Below, piece by piece: positions 28,601 through 44,121 of a DNA stretch of 64,000 nt. The stretch's first letter is position 1. The number at the start of each line of letters is the position of its first letter. Made by a program: the position numbers and the translations under genes. The notes beneath the pieces were generated by a model. It searched no databases. It was not told the DNA's origin and saw nothing but the letters and a program-made list of their open reading frames with translations. The stretch lies in the NCBI GenBank assembly GCA_002104945.1, contig MCFH01000018.1, forward strand, positions 1 to 64,000, written 5' to 3'. The stretch is from Piromyces finnis finn. Taxonomy: Eukaryota > Fungi > Neocallimastigomycota.

Positions 28601-31240
28601 ATTAGTAATCATGAATCAAATTCATTAGATGATACTAATTATAAAAGAAATTCTCTAATATTTCATGAATCCATGAATGAGAACAATAATGATCAAAATT
28701 TAAAAGATAAAGAAGAAAATAGTGAATATATTGATAAAAATGATATGCCGGATGAAAAAAAACTAGAACCATTAAATAAAAATATTATTCGTGATTATGA
28801 ATTGCCTATAACGATTTTTAGTGAATTTGTTATACGATCATTATTTAGTTTAAGATTTCAATATAAGGAATGGGCTTTAAACCATATACTTTTTCAATTA
28901 AAAATTATTCACAATAGTTGGAATAATGCATCAATAAAGAAAAATAATCCCGAGGCAACAAAAGCTACTCAAGAAGAGTATGTTTCAGCTTCTATTCAAG
29001 TAATAAAATATAGTATATTAGATACTAGAGAAAAAATTATATCTGTATCCTTGGACCTTTTATTATTAATAACATGTAGGTTAAGTTTATATTATTATAT
29101 TAATTGTATTATATAATGTAGCAAATTAGTAAAGTTGTTAATTTTTTCATTATAGCTATTGTTAAAAATCTTGAACTGTTTTCACTTTTATTTAACGAAA
29201 TGGACTTTTTAACATCACAAATATTTATAAAATCTGCTGATATTAATAAAAGAATTAAAGAAGTATTTTTTTCCTTTTATTATTAATATATTCTATTTTT
29301 TAAGAAATTCTTTAAGTATATTTTTTAATTATAAAATTTAAATATATAAAATTTTATATTATTTAATTAATTTAAAAAAAAAGAGTGCACTTAATACGTT
29401 TATGAAAATGGCGTTTTTTTTCCATTCCAAACCGTATTCAATATTGCCATATATTTTTAGACCTTTTAATACTTCCATAAAAACATCAAATAAAAACGAA
29501 TTAAAAATAATTAATAATGATTCATTACCTTTAATCCCTTGGAGGTATGCTGAATCTAGATTACAATTATTGTTAGATGTTATAAAGAAGTATGGCGTTT
29601 CGTCAATAAATGATGAAAAAAGAAACACAAGTAGTGATGATTTTAACGGATTAACATTTGATGTATAGTATAATTTTTTTTAATTTAAATTAAATGTATA
29701 TATAATAAGTAAAATCTAAATTTACTTTATTATTGTTTTATTAAATATAAATTTCACTTACTTATCAAATAAAGAATGTAATGAAATTTGTTGTTCCATT
29801 TTTTAATCATCAAAATGGCAATGTTAGAAGCATTGCCTCATCACTAGTAGCTGAAATATCTGTAGATATTGGTTCAAATAATGAGGAATTCAATGATTAT
29901 ATTAAAGATCTTAATCCACAAATTTTAAGTATAATTAAAATGAAATCAAATTCTCTTGTATCAGAAAAGAATAACTATATATATGGTATTTATTATTATT
30001 TTAGAAAAATAAATATTTATATATTGAATATATTAATAAATATAATGAGTAAATTATATTATTTATTAAATAATATATTTTAATATTAAAGATATTTATT
30101 TAAAGGAACAAGGAAGAAATGAAAACGTAACAAATGATTTAGATCAAGATAATGATGTTTCCAGTGTATTTAATTATTCATATTATCAAAATACAAAAAA
30201 TAATGAAAGTATTATTAATGCATATGATGATATTACAGAAGACATGAGTAAGATTCATGAAAAAGTTAAAAATAGCGAAATTAATAATGTTAATAGATCA
30301 TATTCAAATAAAATGCAAAATGATCCATCTTCTTATATAGAAACATCTATAACAAACAAAAGTGAACACAATAATGAGGGTAATAAAATATGATGGCATC
30401 AAATTATAAAATAATAAATGAAATGAAATATTAAATATACCTCATTAACTACATTAACTAATCTATCTATATATATAATTAGTATCAGCTATAGAAAATA
30501 GTGAATCATACCTAGAAACTTTAAATAGAAATCAGTAGGTTAAATATATAATTAATAATATTTATATTAAAAATTCTTGTTAATATTTATTATTTTTATA
30601 TGCTTTTATAATAATAATAAAGTATTTGTATATTCTGTGAAGAAAAAAATGAAAAGTTTAATGAAAAAACATTGGATAAGCATTACAGAAAGGAATGTCC
30701 AATGTTAGTGAATTGTTATAGATGTCAATTGGTAATATATATGTTGAAAAATAAAAAAATTATTATTATATATTAAAAAAAATAATTAATTAATTTATAT
30801 AATATATATAATATTATTTTTTATAAGATTGTAGAAACATCGAACTTATCAAATCATCTTTATCATGATTGTGAATTTAAATCTGATTATAGAAAATGCG
30901 ATAAATGTAATCTAGCAATTAGAAAAGATGAGAGAGAAAATCATAATAAGTTTCATATTTCTAATAAACATGAAAGTAAGTATAAAAAACTATCAATTAA
31001 AATATATTAAAAATAATTATAATTAATATATAATTTTCTTAAGAATCATTAGGCGGATTTAAACCTATTTTTTGTCAATTATGTAACGAAATTGTTAATT
31101 CTAAAATAAATATGTATTATAATCAATTGGATAAATTAAGCCAGAATCATAATAATTTAATAATGTTAGAAAATAAATTATGGAAGAAACATATGATAAA
31201 ATGTCGAAATAATGCAAGAAACAAAAATATAAGAAGATAA
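25663..31240 (+). CDS. CEP104: Centrosomal/ciliary-tip protein CEP104 homolog, multi-exon
   Basis: N-terminal jelly-roll-like region (SSNYGEFSPFEL...SWISSK; CQYPQYVTLKL; LQILFHQLFIPSKVELFLG; RELKSIKINRKAQYIKLVIYK; VGIVSVQVNGTPL), coiled coil, TOG-like region (VIRSLFSLRFQYKEWAL; FFNHQNGNVRSIA), and Zn fingers (CIFCEEKNEKFNEKTLDKHYRKECPMLVNCYRC; HLYHDC; KCDKC; FCQLC...WKKHMIKC). Stop TAA at 31238-31240. Confidence 0.88.
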
Positions 31241-31873
31241 TTAATATACAAAAAGATATCAAATATATCAGATTATATAAACTAAAATAAATAAGGAAAT
31301 CATAAAAATTTATTAACAGATAATAAACCTAAAAATTACTATAAATATCAGAAATTTTTGATACTATAATAATTATTTGTAAATCAAATTTACTATATAC
31401 CTAAATAAATAATACTAAATATTACTTTTAAATATTTAATTATTTTTATTTAATTTCTACATCTTTTTTTAATAATTTTTTATTTTGTTGCTTTTATTTT
31501 ATTTATTTTATCATATTTATTAAATATAAATATGATAAAAGAGCAAAGTATAATAAATAATATATTTTTTTTTTTTTTTTTTTTTTAACGGCATCAAATA
31601 TTTTAAAACTTTATAATAATATAGGTGGCTGTGTAAAAGATATATTTAAATAAATAATATTTTCTATTGTAAAAAAAATATATAAATATAATAGTGAAAA
31701 TAATAGAAATGAAAACAAACCAATACTAAAAAGTAGAAAAAAAATAATAAAGTATGAGATTTTGTGATATTTATATTTGTACAATGTGAATATTAATAAA
31801 AACACTTAAACTTTATAATTCTTTAAAATATGAACAGTGGTATATTAAAAATAAGAATCAAAGTTTTTTATAA

Positions 31874-34800
31874 TTATTTAGTTACAGATTCTTTCTTTTC
31901 TGTCCTTATTTTTAAAGAAGTTGGTAAACCGAAACATTCCAAACTGGATATAGGAACTTTTGATTTATAACTTGATCCTAATAATACTTCCTTTAATGGT
32001 AAACCATTACATTCTATTTTTTTATTATTATTATGTTATTAAAATAAAATAAAAATTTAATAATAACTCTAAATATTTATATTTTTTATTCTTTAATATT
32101 TAAACTTACTAAATATGGTATCTAATATAATTTTATTAGCATTTAAGTCTACAATATATGGTTGATAATATATATTATTAATGCCATATAGAGATAAAAG
32201 AAGAATTGTTCTTATCATATCTTTTCTGTTTAGTTTGTAGACTTTAGTTTTATATTTAGAAATAGAGATATTTTCTAAAAGAATTGCATGATTAACTCCA
32301 GTAAGATTAAATTTAAATTTATTTAGTGGAATGTCATCAATAAGACGTTTATAACTCATATATAAGAATCCTGGAGGAGAGAAATAATGTTTTAATTGAG
32401 CATATCTATTTTTATTTATTATATAAATATAACAAACAAAAAGTAACATTTTCATAAATATTTCTGTAAAGTGGGAAAATAAAATTTAATATTGTCATAT
32501 TTTATATGATATTTACTGTATTTTAGTAAAGTAGCTTCCTGGCCATTTATTAATAATATTATTTGAAGCCAATATATTTTTTAATTCATTAATATTATTA
32601 ATTTGAATATCTTTATGAATTCTTTCTTTTTTGTCGTAAGCATTTTCATCAAAATTAACTAAACCTAGTATATATAGTTATATTTCATAGTAATACACGA
32701 AATGTATAGTTTTGAATAATAATAATTCTTAATATATTTATCCGATACATTATTATTATATAAAAATTGATAAGCTTACAATTTAGACAGTTAACTTCAG
32801 AAAATTCCTGATTTTGAGATTGTGAATCCTTATCACATCCAAATTGTTCTTTATATCTATGAAGTAACATATTGTAGCTAAATTCTTTATATATTATGTC
32901 CCATGATGAAAAGTAATTGAAAATAAGACTTAATGGAAGATTTAAGAAGGTTTCATCACAACATATAATAACACTATATTTCGCTTTTTCTTGATCTGGC
33001 CCACTTTTTTTAGTTGATTTTTTCTTTTTATCAATGGTAGTAGTATTTATAACTAAATATTATTAATATATATATAACTATTTTATGAGTTATAAACTTT
33101 TATTTTTATTTTTATGAAATTATATTATTACCTTTTTTATAATGATCAAATATTGGTTTTAAATAATCAATTATTTTTCCTACATTATTTTGAAATTCTG
33201 ATATAATATTTTCTGGAATATTTTCTTTTATTTCTATTTCAATTTCTTTTTCTAGACATATTTGTTCTTCATTTATAACATATTTATCAGAACATTCCTC
33301 TTTATTGTCAATTTCTTCATTACTTTTTTCACTATTAGATTTCTTAATTTTTTTCTTGTTCTTTTTATTTTCTGCTTTTGTTTTTTTATTGTCATCTACA
33401 TTTTCAGAATCTTCTTTTGGATTTTGGTATTCATTATTTACTTTCATTTCTTCAGAATTAAAATTTTCAGTTTCTGTCTGGTTATTTATTTCCGTTATAG
33501 AATTTTCTTCTCTTTTTAAAAACTCTTTTCGAATAATCTAATAAGAAATTATTAAATATGATATTATGATATTAATTTTATAGCAAATTTAATTATTTAT
33601 ATAATTATTATATTTAAGTTCATACATAATCAATCATATTTGAATTAATTTCATATATTTCAATATAATCATTAAAATTTTTAATTAATGTTTTCCATTC
33701 TTCAAAATTAATATCATATTCTAAAAAATCAAACAGGATATTTCCTTCTCTATTTTTTCCTTGACTATTTTCTTTACAGATTAAACCTGTGTACAATGAC
33801 TTTTTATTTAATGAGTGTTGAAGAATTAATATATCAATATCCTATAAAATAGAAAAATAATTATTAGTTATATAAATATATATTATTATAGTAATTATTA
33901 ATATTTATTTACCTTCGGAATATTTTTGAAGTTATTGTAATAATTTTTGCTAATATAATAACGATTCCATCCAAATGTAATATTATTTTGACTATATAAT
34001 TCTTTACCGCTATTTATTTGTTCTTTTAAAATACTTTGAATATAATTAAACTGATATATATTATTTGCTGTATTTAATAAAATTTTTTTATAAAGGATAC
34101 AATATATACAATTTTGTAAAAGGGAAAGATAACTTTTAAAAAATAAAAAAAGGAATATTAGAAAATTATATTGAAAATTTATAATTTAACCATTTAATTA
34201 AAAATTACCAAAATTTAAGAGATATATCATCATTTTCTAATTTATATAAATATTCAGAACAAAGTTCAACATATTTATAATTTAGAGAAGCTAGTCCGAT
34301 AGTAATCACATTTTTAAAGCATTCAACTGAATTTAAATTATTATTACTATTATTATCATTAAGTATTGACATTTTAGTATTTTCTGTTGCCATAGCATTT
34401 ATATAATTGTCTTTATGAGTTGTAATATTTGATAATGATTCCATAGTTACTGAGTTTTTTATTCTTTTAATGTCTAGTAAATTATTTTGTTTATTACTGT
34501 TATCGATCATTGATGCTTCTGTGTCCAATATTCCTCCTTCATATTTTTTTATAAGATTATCAAGTAAAGAAAGATCAGCATAATTATGGAAACAAGTAAA
34601 GAAATCCTCATCAATATTATTTATAAATAAACTCGATTCATTATAAAAATTTTTTTGGAATTCACAAAAATATATTTTTCTATAATATTCCCCAATAATC
34701 AAAGTATCTTTGAATAAGGGATCATTTAAGTCAATAACATTTGATTCATCATTAGAATTTAAACACTGGATCACACCATATAAAAAAAGCATATGTATAT

Positions 34801-37800
34801 TATCATTGCTATTTAAATTCAAAACATCTATCAAATTTAGGTAAGTATTTTTTGCTTCCTCTAATGATATTTTTTTAATAAAATTGAATTTTTCATTGAT
34901 ATTAGGTAAATTATATGAATCTAATATATAATTGCTTATCATGTTATTAATAGATAGTTGAGAATTATAAAGAATTTTTTCCTCTAATTTATTCATTACT
35001 ATATAGAGCTCTATCTCTAAAGTTATTGTTAATTTATTACACTGTTTATATGCTTCAGTATTAGAAATAATCAAATAATCATCGAATTCTTTATATTTTT
35101 CAAAAATAATTTCATTTTCTTTTAACAGAGATAAGCATATTAAGAGAAGATTTTTAGACCATGTATTATTGAAAATATGATGACTATATATTACTTTAAC
35201 ATAATCTATATTTAAAATTGCCTTATATAGGTATAACTCATTAGAATCAAATATAGATGAGGCAGAATTGAAATGTTCATATAATAATTTAAATATTTTA
35301 TTATAATTATCAGACTTTAATATATAATCATCGAGCAATAAACCTATGTTATGATGAAATTTTCCAATAATGGCATTGTTACGCCAATCATCATTTTCAC
35401 AAGAATTTAATAATATATTTAATGAATATTGATATGCTTTTTCAAATTCATCTAAATTGTTTGTATGTTTATTTAAGTAGTTAAGATAGCAATTTGCAAT
35501 TCTATATTTCATTATAATATTAGTGTTTAGGTTAAGCCCAATTTTAGATAAATTAATATATTCTTTTATAGAAAAATTGTTATCTTCGATATTATTTTGT
35601 ATAATCAATTTACAGTAAATCAATTTACTCATTAAATATTCATTACTTATTACTGATCTTTCTTCAATTTGTTTAATAAGTACATTAATTTTTTTGTAAT
35701 CAATAATACACTTATTAATAATTGCAGTTTCTATAATTTTAATTAATATAGAATTAGTATCATATGGGAAATCCATATATATATCTAATTTATCAATTGA
35801 ATATCTTTTTTCATCAATAAAAATATCGAAATCCATATTAAATAGTGAAAAATTTTTTGTCATGATATCGTACATATCTAAAGCAATGTCTTTTTCACCT
35901 AATTTATTATATATATGGAATGCAAAGACATAATAAAAATTTTTCATTATGTATTTTTCTTTGGAATCTATAAAGTTGTTTATAACATATTGAATAATCC
36001 ACATGAAAAAATATATATAATTAAATCTAAGTAGTAATATACTCTCTTCAATAATATAATAAATAGAACTGATTATTGCAAATGGTGATTTAATATTTTT
36101 TTTGATAAGAATTGAGTCATTATCAGATTCTTCTAAAATATTTATCATAGAACTAGGCCATTCATATTTCGACCAATTACGACAATTTTCTGGTAATTCT
36201 GGTAATGATAAAGTATAGAAATTATTATCATTGATTGTATTAACTTCTGGTTTTGAATCCTTTTTGTTGGCTTTTTTCTTATTTTTATCTTTTTCGTTTT
36301 TAATTTTTGCATCTTCATTGATATTTTCACTATTATTTTCTGTATGTTCATTTTGAATTTGAATAGCTGTATTGTAGGTATTTTTAATTAGATTATTCAA
36401 TAAAGTATAAATAGATAAAATACAGTTATTAGTATTTCTTTTAGAATGGTAAATAGTTAAATATAATAAAAATGATCTAATTAAGAGTTCAATTTGATAG
36501 ACGTTATATTGCTTATTTTCATCAAAGTAAATAGAGCAACTAGTTTGATTTTTTGTAGTATCAATTTTAGCAATAATTGAAGGATCGATAAAATTCCATA
36601 CTTGAGTTAAATATTCAAATTGTTTTTCCTTATTTTGATTATTAGTATGCATCCAATCAATATATTTAATAAGATAATCTGCTTTTTTATTAATGTTATT
36701 TTCACAAAGATTAATACATATTTGATAAGCGTTTTCTGTCTGTTCTATATCCATATTTTCTTTGCATAATATATTTGTCCAATAAAAGAGTTGAAGTTCT
36801 GGTTTGTTAATAAAAAGGGCATTTAAACCCATATCATTATTTGTATGATAAAAGAACTGCAATTTTTCTAAGTAGCAACTTTTATCTAATTTTTTCGGTA
36901 GTAAGGCATTTAATTTAGAAATAATATGTAATCCTGAAGTCCAATTCTTGTTTAAAAGATTAAGTTCAATAAGTAAAGAAAAGATATTACTAAAAATATG
37001 AACAATTTCATTATCAGGGTCTTTAAAGTGCTCTTTAAATTTTTTTATTTCGGTGGTTAATCTGTTAGTAATAAATACAAATTCATATAAGATCTTTTCA
37101 AGCTGTATATATGAGGATTTATACTTTAATAATTTTAAAGAAATATTCCAGGTTCTTTTAGAAATCTCTAGGAATAATTCATATGAGACATTGCTTTGCA
37201 GTCTTAAGTATTTAGTAGATTCAACTAAAAAGTTTATACTATCTAAATGCATTGTTTGAATATTGGATATAATATTATTAATTTCAATGAAATTTTGATA
37301 AACATTAGAATAATCAAAGTATCCAATACTTGTCCAATAAAAACAAATATTTGCATCATATTTATTTTTGTATGCAGGAGAATTAATATTTGTTGGTATT
37401 TTTTCCCTTAATGCAATATTAAAACACTTGTAAGCATGAGTTAAGAGATCTTCTTTTAATGCGCACCTACCGATTCTTACCATACTTTCAATCCAGTTTG
37501 AAAGTGCGATGGTATCTCTTTTTTCTATATATTTATTTGTTATACTATATATATATTTTTGGTAATCTGGACATGAAGATTTCTTTATATTTTCAAGCGT
37601 ATCAATTGGAAATAATGAACTTTTATCAATATCTTTCATATTACTTTTTTCATCTTCATCTGATTTCGCTAATTTATATCTTATCCAAAGACTGGAAATA
37701 GTCATAGATATATAATTATCTAAGTTTATTTTTGAAGTAGTAAAGAAATTATATATTTCCTTTACTATTGTAAAATAAGAAGTTATATCTTGTTTTCTAA

Positions 37801-40800
37801 AACTGCTATTTTTGACTTCCAATATTTTTCTCTGTTCATTAGTTATTTTTATTTCCCCGTAAAGTTCATATTCTATATATTCAATATTTGCTTGCATAAA
37901 AATTGCACTAATATAAACATAAATAAGAGAAGAAATTTCGTTTAATTGTTTCAATTTTTCATATAATATTTTTATTTCTTCATAATAACCCATAAATAAA
38001 CAATCCTTATTTTCATTAATAATAGTTTTTGATTGAATCAAAAAAAAATCGTATATGATTGATGCTGAATTATTTATTATCCTAATAAATAAATAAAAAA
38101 TATAAAAAGTATCATTAATATAGGTATTTTATGAAAATCAATAATCATTATAGCCATTATAATTATTTTACCATTGTTTATTTAATTCTAGTCCTATATT
38201 AATTGATCGAATTACATCTTCCATTAATTTTTCTTTATAGTAAAGAGAATCTTTAAGACTATCATAGTAATCAAAATATTTTGTACTAGGATTTATTTTT
38301 TTATTTTCTGATATAGTTTCAGATGAATTGAGAAGGGATTTTGAATTATTGTAATCTAATTTATTATTATATAATGTGACACTATTATTCATATTAAACA
38401 ACGCATCATAATTTTTGTTGTTATAATTAATATTTTTTTTCAATTGCTCTTTGTTATTTTTAAATAATTTCCAATAATGCAAAATAATGAATGCTCTTAT
38501 ACGACTAATATGAGACATAGAAATTTTAAAATAATCTAACTTTTGAAAACTGCTAATCCATTCATTAAAAATAATAATAGAAGCCCCATCAAAAGCAATA
38601 GAATATATTTTTCTTTGAAATGCTAAATCAATTATCTTTAATAATGTCATCATAACTGTTTTACATCTATTATTGGTATTAAATTCTTTAATATATCTCA
38701 TCTTATAATTTTCTGGAATATATTTTTTTTGAATAACTTCTTCAACATCCATATCTCGTTTAGTATTTGTAAAATCATTTAAATAAATTTTTAGTATATT
38801 TTCCAATTCTTCATCTGGAATACTGTTATGACTTTTACGTATTTCCTCAACCTTCAAATATAGTGTTTCTTCTACCGTAACTTCATTTTGAGATGTATTG
38901 CATTTTAAATTTAATAGTCGATAGTTATTTGATTTAAGCAATCCATTATAATCATTAACTATCAAATACGAGAATTTTAAATATTTTAATGCTTTTGTAT
39001 ATTCTAAGTCATTTTCACATATTTTTGACAATTCTTGTCCTATGACGCTTCTTAAAATAAATAATGGGCTTTCAATTCTTTCGAGTGTCTCATGAAGGAA
39101 TTCTATGTATGGTTTAATTCTTGGGTATAATCTTTTATATTTTACAAAAATATTAAATAATAAAATTTATATGTGAAAAATATTTATATTGAAATAAGTA
39201 TATATTAATAATAATATTCTTATTTATTCTTATTTATTTATTTACTTTTGTTGTAATAACGGAAACATATAATTCCACATATCTTGAATTGATTTTTGAA
39301 TAAAATTTTTATCGCCATCTTGTTTTTCATAGGTTGTAATATATTCTTTAATTTTTTTTAATATTTTTAGTTGAAAATCGATAGAGGGTTCCGATAAAAG
39401 GACTAATGATGGATTTGATTTATATTCTTCAAGATCTATATAAAGTTCTAATAAATTCTTTTTCAATACCACAACTTTATCTGTATAACCCGAAAATTTA
39501 ATTTTTTGAATAATTTCTTTTGCTTTAATATAATTTTTAGATATAAGTGTTAAATGAACTAAGCGAATAAAATAGCTTTGGGGACTCCATATATAATTTT
39601 CAAAATTTATATAATGACCTTCTTCTTCGTTTTCTATGATATATGTATTATATTTATCAATTTTTTTATACAATTTATCTATCTTTTCTGGTTTTAGTGG
39701 TATTTTTTTTTCACACTTAATAAGGGATATATATATTTTTTCATTTTCATTAATTTTTAATTCGTTAATAATAGAAGTAATATGCTTTTTCGATTCAGAT
39801 TTTTTAAAGTTGTTTAAAATAAATTTAATATATAATTCTAAAAAATCAGGAAAACTTTGAAAATCGTATGTTTTTGCTAAGGTAGAAATTTCTTTAAATT
39901 TTTTCATTATTAAGTCATTGTAGTCACCAGTTGATAAAACTTGTAATGTTTTTTGAATTAATATATAAAATGTAAGGCGATGGTCTTCATTGATGTTAGC
40001 TAAAATGTGTTTCAAGTAAGAATTTTCAGGAAAGATAGAATTATCATTTGCATTAAAATCAATATCCATATTATTCTTTCCAATATTTTTTAGTTTTAAT
40101 TTTTGAAAATTATAATTGTATTTTTTTATATCAATTAAACATTTTGTTAATTCATATTTAATAAACATCATCCATTTTTTATTTTCAATGCTCATTTCAG
40201 TAACTGTATCATCAAATGATTTTAAAATATTTAAAAATATATAACTAAATTCACGACTAATACTTAACCAAAATTCCATAATATTCCACATAAAAAGTAT
40301 ACTATTGATTATTATTTCTTTGTTTTTATTCTTAATTGCTAGGTTAAATCCTGTTAAAGAATGTTTTATAGCTTCAATATCATTTTTCACTTTTGTAGCA
40401 TATATTGTATAAACTTTTTTTTTTTTTATACTTTTTTTTTGTTCATATGGTGTTTTAGAAATAAGGTAACCTAGGTTTTAAAATAATAACAGAAATGAAA
40501 TAAAATTTAATTTAAGAAGAAAGAAATTTAACAACATTATAAAATAATCATAACTATACCATATAGCAAATAAAGTTCACATTCACAAGAATTATCAACT
40601 TTATAATTATTTATCATATATGTTATATATTTACAACTTTAAAACAAAAGAAATTTTTAATTATCTTAGTTATTTTTTTAAACATTTAATATTTTTTGTC
40701 TAAACTTTTAATAGTATTATGTAGAATTTTTATATATACCATTTTGAACATAAATTCCATAGTTCTTTTGCCAAAGCATGTTTTGCCATTTTAATATATA

Positions 40801-40933
40801 GTTTAGTTGTTGTATTATAAATTACTTCATGTCTTTTCACTTTAATAACATTTAAACAATATTCAATTTCTTTCTTTGACAAGTTCCCATAAGGAACTTC
40901 CAATAATGAGTCTATATGTTCTACAGTACTCAT
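31874..40933 (-). CDS. CFAP46: Cilia- and flagella-associated protein 46 (TTC40) homolog, large multi-exon gene
   Basis: Segments collinear with remembered human CFAP46: QDMWNYMFPLLQQ (ATQWNTCLPLLQH); NWTSGLHIISKLNALLPK (DWEGGLKVLDEAVQVLPR); KADYLIKYIDW (KVEYLMEFGQW); LPENCRNWSKYEWP (LPMSIEEWASYSCP); CCDETFLNLPL...KEFSYNMLLHRY (VADRHLLELPL...REFSLQMLWNRL). It links the ORFs at 40730, 39242, 38168, 34205, 33112, 32685 and 32093. Confidence 0.85.
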
Positions 40934-42343
40934 TATTTATTAACGCTTTTTATTTAATAATGATAGGATAAAAAAATATAATAATTAAACAATTAAAAAT
41001 AAAAAATCAAACAATTAATATTTTTATTTAAAATATTTTTTCAAAATGTATGTATTATAAATTAAATTTCATTTTCCCAAATTTTAAAAAATATTGAAAG
41101 GGGAAAATGATATATTATATATTTAATTATTATATATAACAAATAATTTAAAATATTTTACACTCTTTTCATTGATATCAATACAAACTTATTTATTTAG
41201 TTATTAACAAAAATATATTATTACATAAAGAGACTTATGGACTTATGTTTTATATTAATTTAGGTTTTCGAAAATTGATATATTTTTTAATTTTAATCGT
41301 ATAATTTATAATAATTTTAATTATTATTAAATCAAATTTTCCGAATAAAATTAATGATCAACAATAAGAAATATATAAAACATTTAAAAAATTAAAATTA
41401 ATAAAATATAGATTACTAACTAGTTAAAAAAGACTAAGAAGCAAAAGTTGTTCTATTGTCTTAATTAAAAACAAAATTTAAAATATTTAATATATATAAT
41501 CTAGATATTATTATGTTACTATTAATTAAAAGCATTTTTATTATAAATATAATATATCTTAAAAATAATTACAGTACGTTAATTTGGTAATGTTAATATA
41601 TTTATATGACCGGCCGGCAGAGAATTGTATAATATGTAAGATGCCATTTTATATTTTTTAAATGTAGAGAAAAATATTTTTTCATTAATAATTTAAAAAA
41701 AAAAACTTTGGAAATGTAGCTTTATTTAACACTATTGTACTATTGAAATATATATATAATATATAATAACTACATAATAATATTAATATTGTTTATATAT
41801 GCTAATACTATAATAAAACTTGAAAATATAATTATAAAATGAATATCTTTTGTATGTTTTAAAAGTTTAATAGTAGCTTTAAAGATATAATTAATTTTAT
41901 TTAATAGTATATATATTTATATTTATAAAAATAAATATATATACTATTAATTACAACTTTCACTGGTTTTTATTAAGTACTTTAATTTATATTTTTATTT
42001 TAATTCACAATATATTCATGAAAAGTATAGATTTTTTAAGGGATATATTATATATAAAATTTCTTTAATAATATTTTTATATTCAAAGGTTTTTAAGTAA
42101 TTAAAAAACCATTTTATATTAATATGTTTTTTCACTTTAAGTAATTTAAAAAAAAAAAAAAAAAAAGATAGAATTTTAGAATCTAATTAGACTCATTAAT
42201 TATTTTTAAGATAGTAATTGATATTAGAGATTTTTTTTACTAATATTTATTTTTCTTAATTATTTTTTTTTTTATTATTAATATTTAAAAAATTTCCCAA
42301 AGATTTTTGAGAGTAACAATTTAAAAAGCTTGTTCTTTTGTTC

Positions 42344-42383
<40 letters not shown>

Positions 42384-42405
42384 GTTGTTGTTGTTGTTGT
42401 TGTTA
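42344..42405. repeat. Compound (TAT)n(TGT)n microsatellite
   Basis: Visible directly in the sequence. Confidence 0.85.
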
Positions 42406-44121
42406 TTTGTATTCTTTAAAATTTGCATTTTAAATAAATTAATTTTATTTAATACTTCTTTCAAAATCGTTAACTATTATTAAAATAGTTTTTTTATAAA
42501 ACTAAAAAAAAATATTATATAATTTAATAATATATTAAAAATATGGAATAATAAAATTTAATATCTATTAATTAATATAATTAAACTTTTTATTTTCCTT
42601 TTAATTTCCTAAATTATATAAGATTAAAATTATTTAAATTAATATTTTTCATATTTATTAAGTTGATATATTAATTTTAAAAAAAATTGAAGTAAAAATA
42701 ATGGAGCAAAATTATTAGTTGTAGATTTTGTTATTCTAATGTTTATTAATATTAGTTATTTGTCATTATGACAATAATGGCATATTCAGTCAAGGTACTA
42801 ATGTTATAAAAACTAGATTATTGCAAAAAGAATAAGTATTACACTAATTTTATTCTAAAATAGGATTTTACAAAAATTTTAATTATACATGTTCATTAAG
42901 AACACGTTAAAAATATCATTAACTAATAGTATTCTTTTGACTGACTAGTGTATAACATTAAAAGTATATTTATAATGAATCATTTACTTCCTATATTATT
43001 TACTTTTTATATTATTTAATATAGATAATTATTAATTTTTACATCAAATTTGAATCTACATTTATTTTATGTTATTAATAAAAATAACAATAAATATAAA
43101 TTGTATTTATTTCACACTTAAGAAGAATATGTTTTTTAAATATCTTTTTTACATTTTATTTAATAAATACCCCATATATAAATTTAAAAAAAAAATAAGT
43201 TAATTTTTTTTTTGAATAATATATTTATTTTAATTCATTTTATTTTTTTATATTTTTTCTTTTTTCAGTGCATTTAATTATATCTGTATAATTATTCCTT
43301 TCATTTATATTATTATTATCATTACTTTTATTTTTATTTCTTTCTCTATAATAACATAATAAATTCTTTCCTTTTCCTCGATATATCCAATATTTAAAGA
43401 TTTAAATATCTTTTCTATACTATTTAAATATAAATAAATTTAGAATAAATGTTACTATAAATGAAAATATAAAAATTACATTTTTTTATTATTCATTCAT
43501 TATTTACATGTGTAACAATACTGGAAAAAAATTGAAGTAGTTATAAATTTAAGCAGGAAATATTAAATATTTTTACATTAATTAAATATGTCACCCATAT
43601 ATAATTAATTTTCATAAATTTATAACAAATCATTTTGTTATAATTCCATTATTATTCAATAGCTTTGTAAAGGTTGCTATCCTTAAATATTGTTAAGTAT
43701 TTTATTATTAGGAAAAAAAAATATCTTAAAATTTATTAATATCCTTTTATAAAATATATATATATTTCATTTATAATAAAATTATAATATTTCATCAAAA
43801 TCATTTTCTCAAGGACAAACTTTAAAAAGTTTAAACTTAATTTATAATAAATATTGGATTACATAAAAAAAACATTTAAGACAAAATGAAGTTATATTAT
43901 ATTTTTCATTATGTTTTTCTTTTTCATTCATTTATTTATTTAATAGTTATTATTTAATTAACTTTTATAAATTAAAATTTAGTAAATAATAATAAAAAAA
44001 TGATATATTTGAATATTTTTTTATTTTTATATTTTTACATGAAAACTTGAAGCAAATTTACTTTTTGATATATATATATATATATATAAAGAAAAAAGAA
44101 AATAAATACACTTTATTAGTA

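Noticed and set aside
40470-40745. Apparent phase mismatch at CFAP46 intron 1
   Set aside because: An alternative donor or acceptor restores the frame, so it is not evidence of a pseudogene; RNA-seq is needed.
42700-42875. Protein-like fragment CHYDNNGIFSQGTNVIKTRLLQKE
   Set aside because: It is short, flanked by stops, and I could not identify it.
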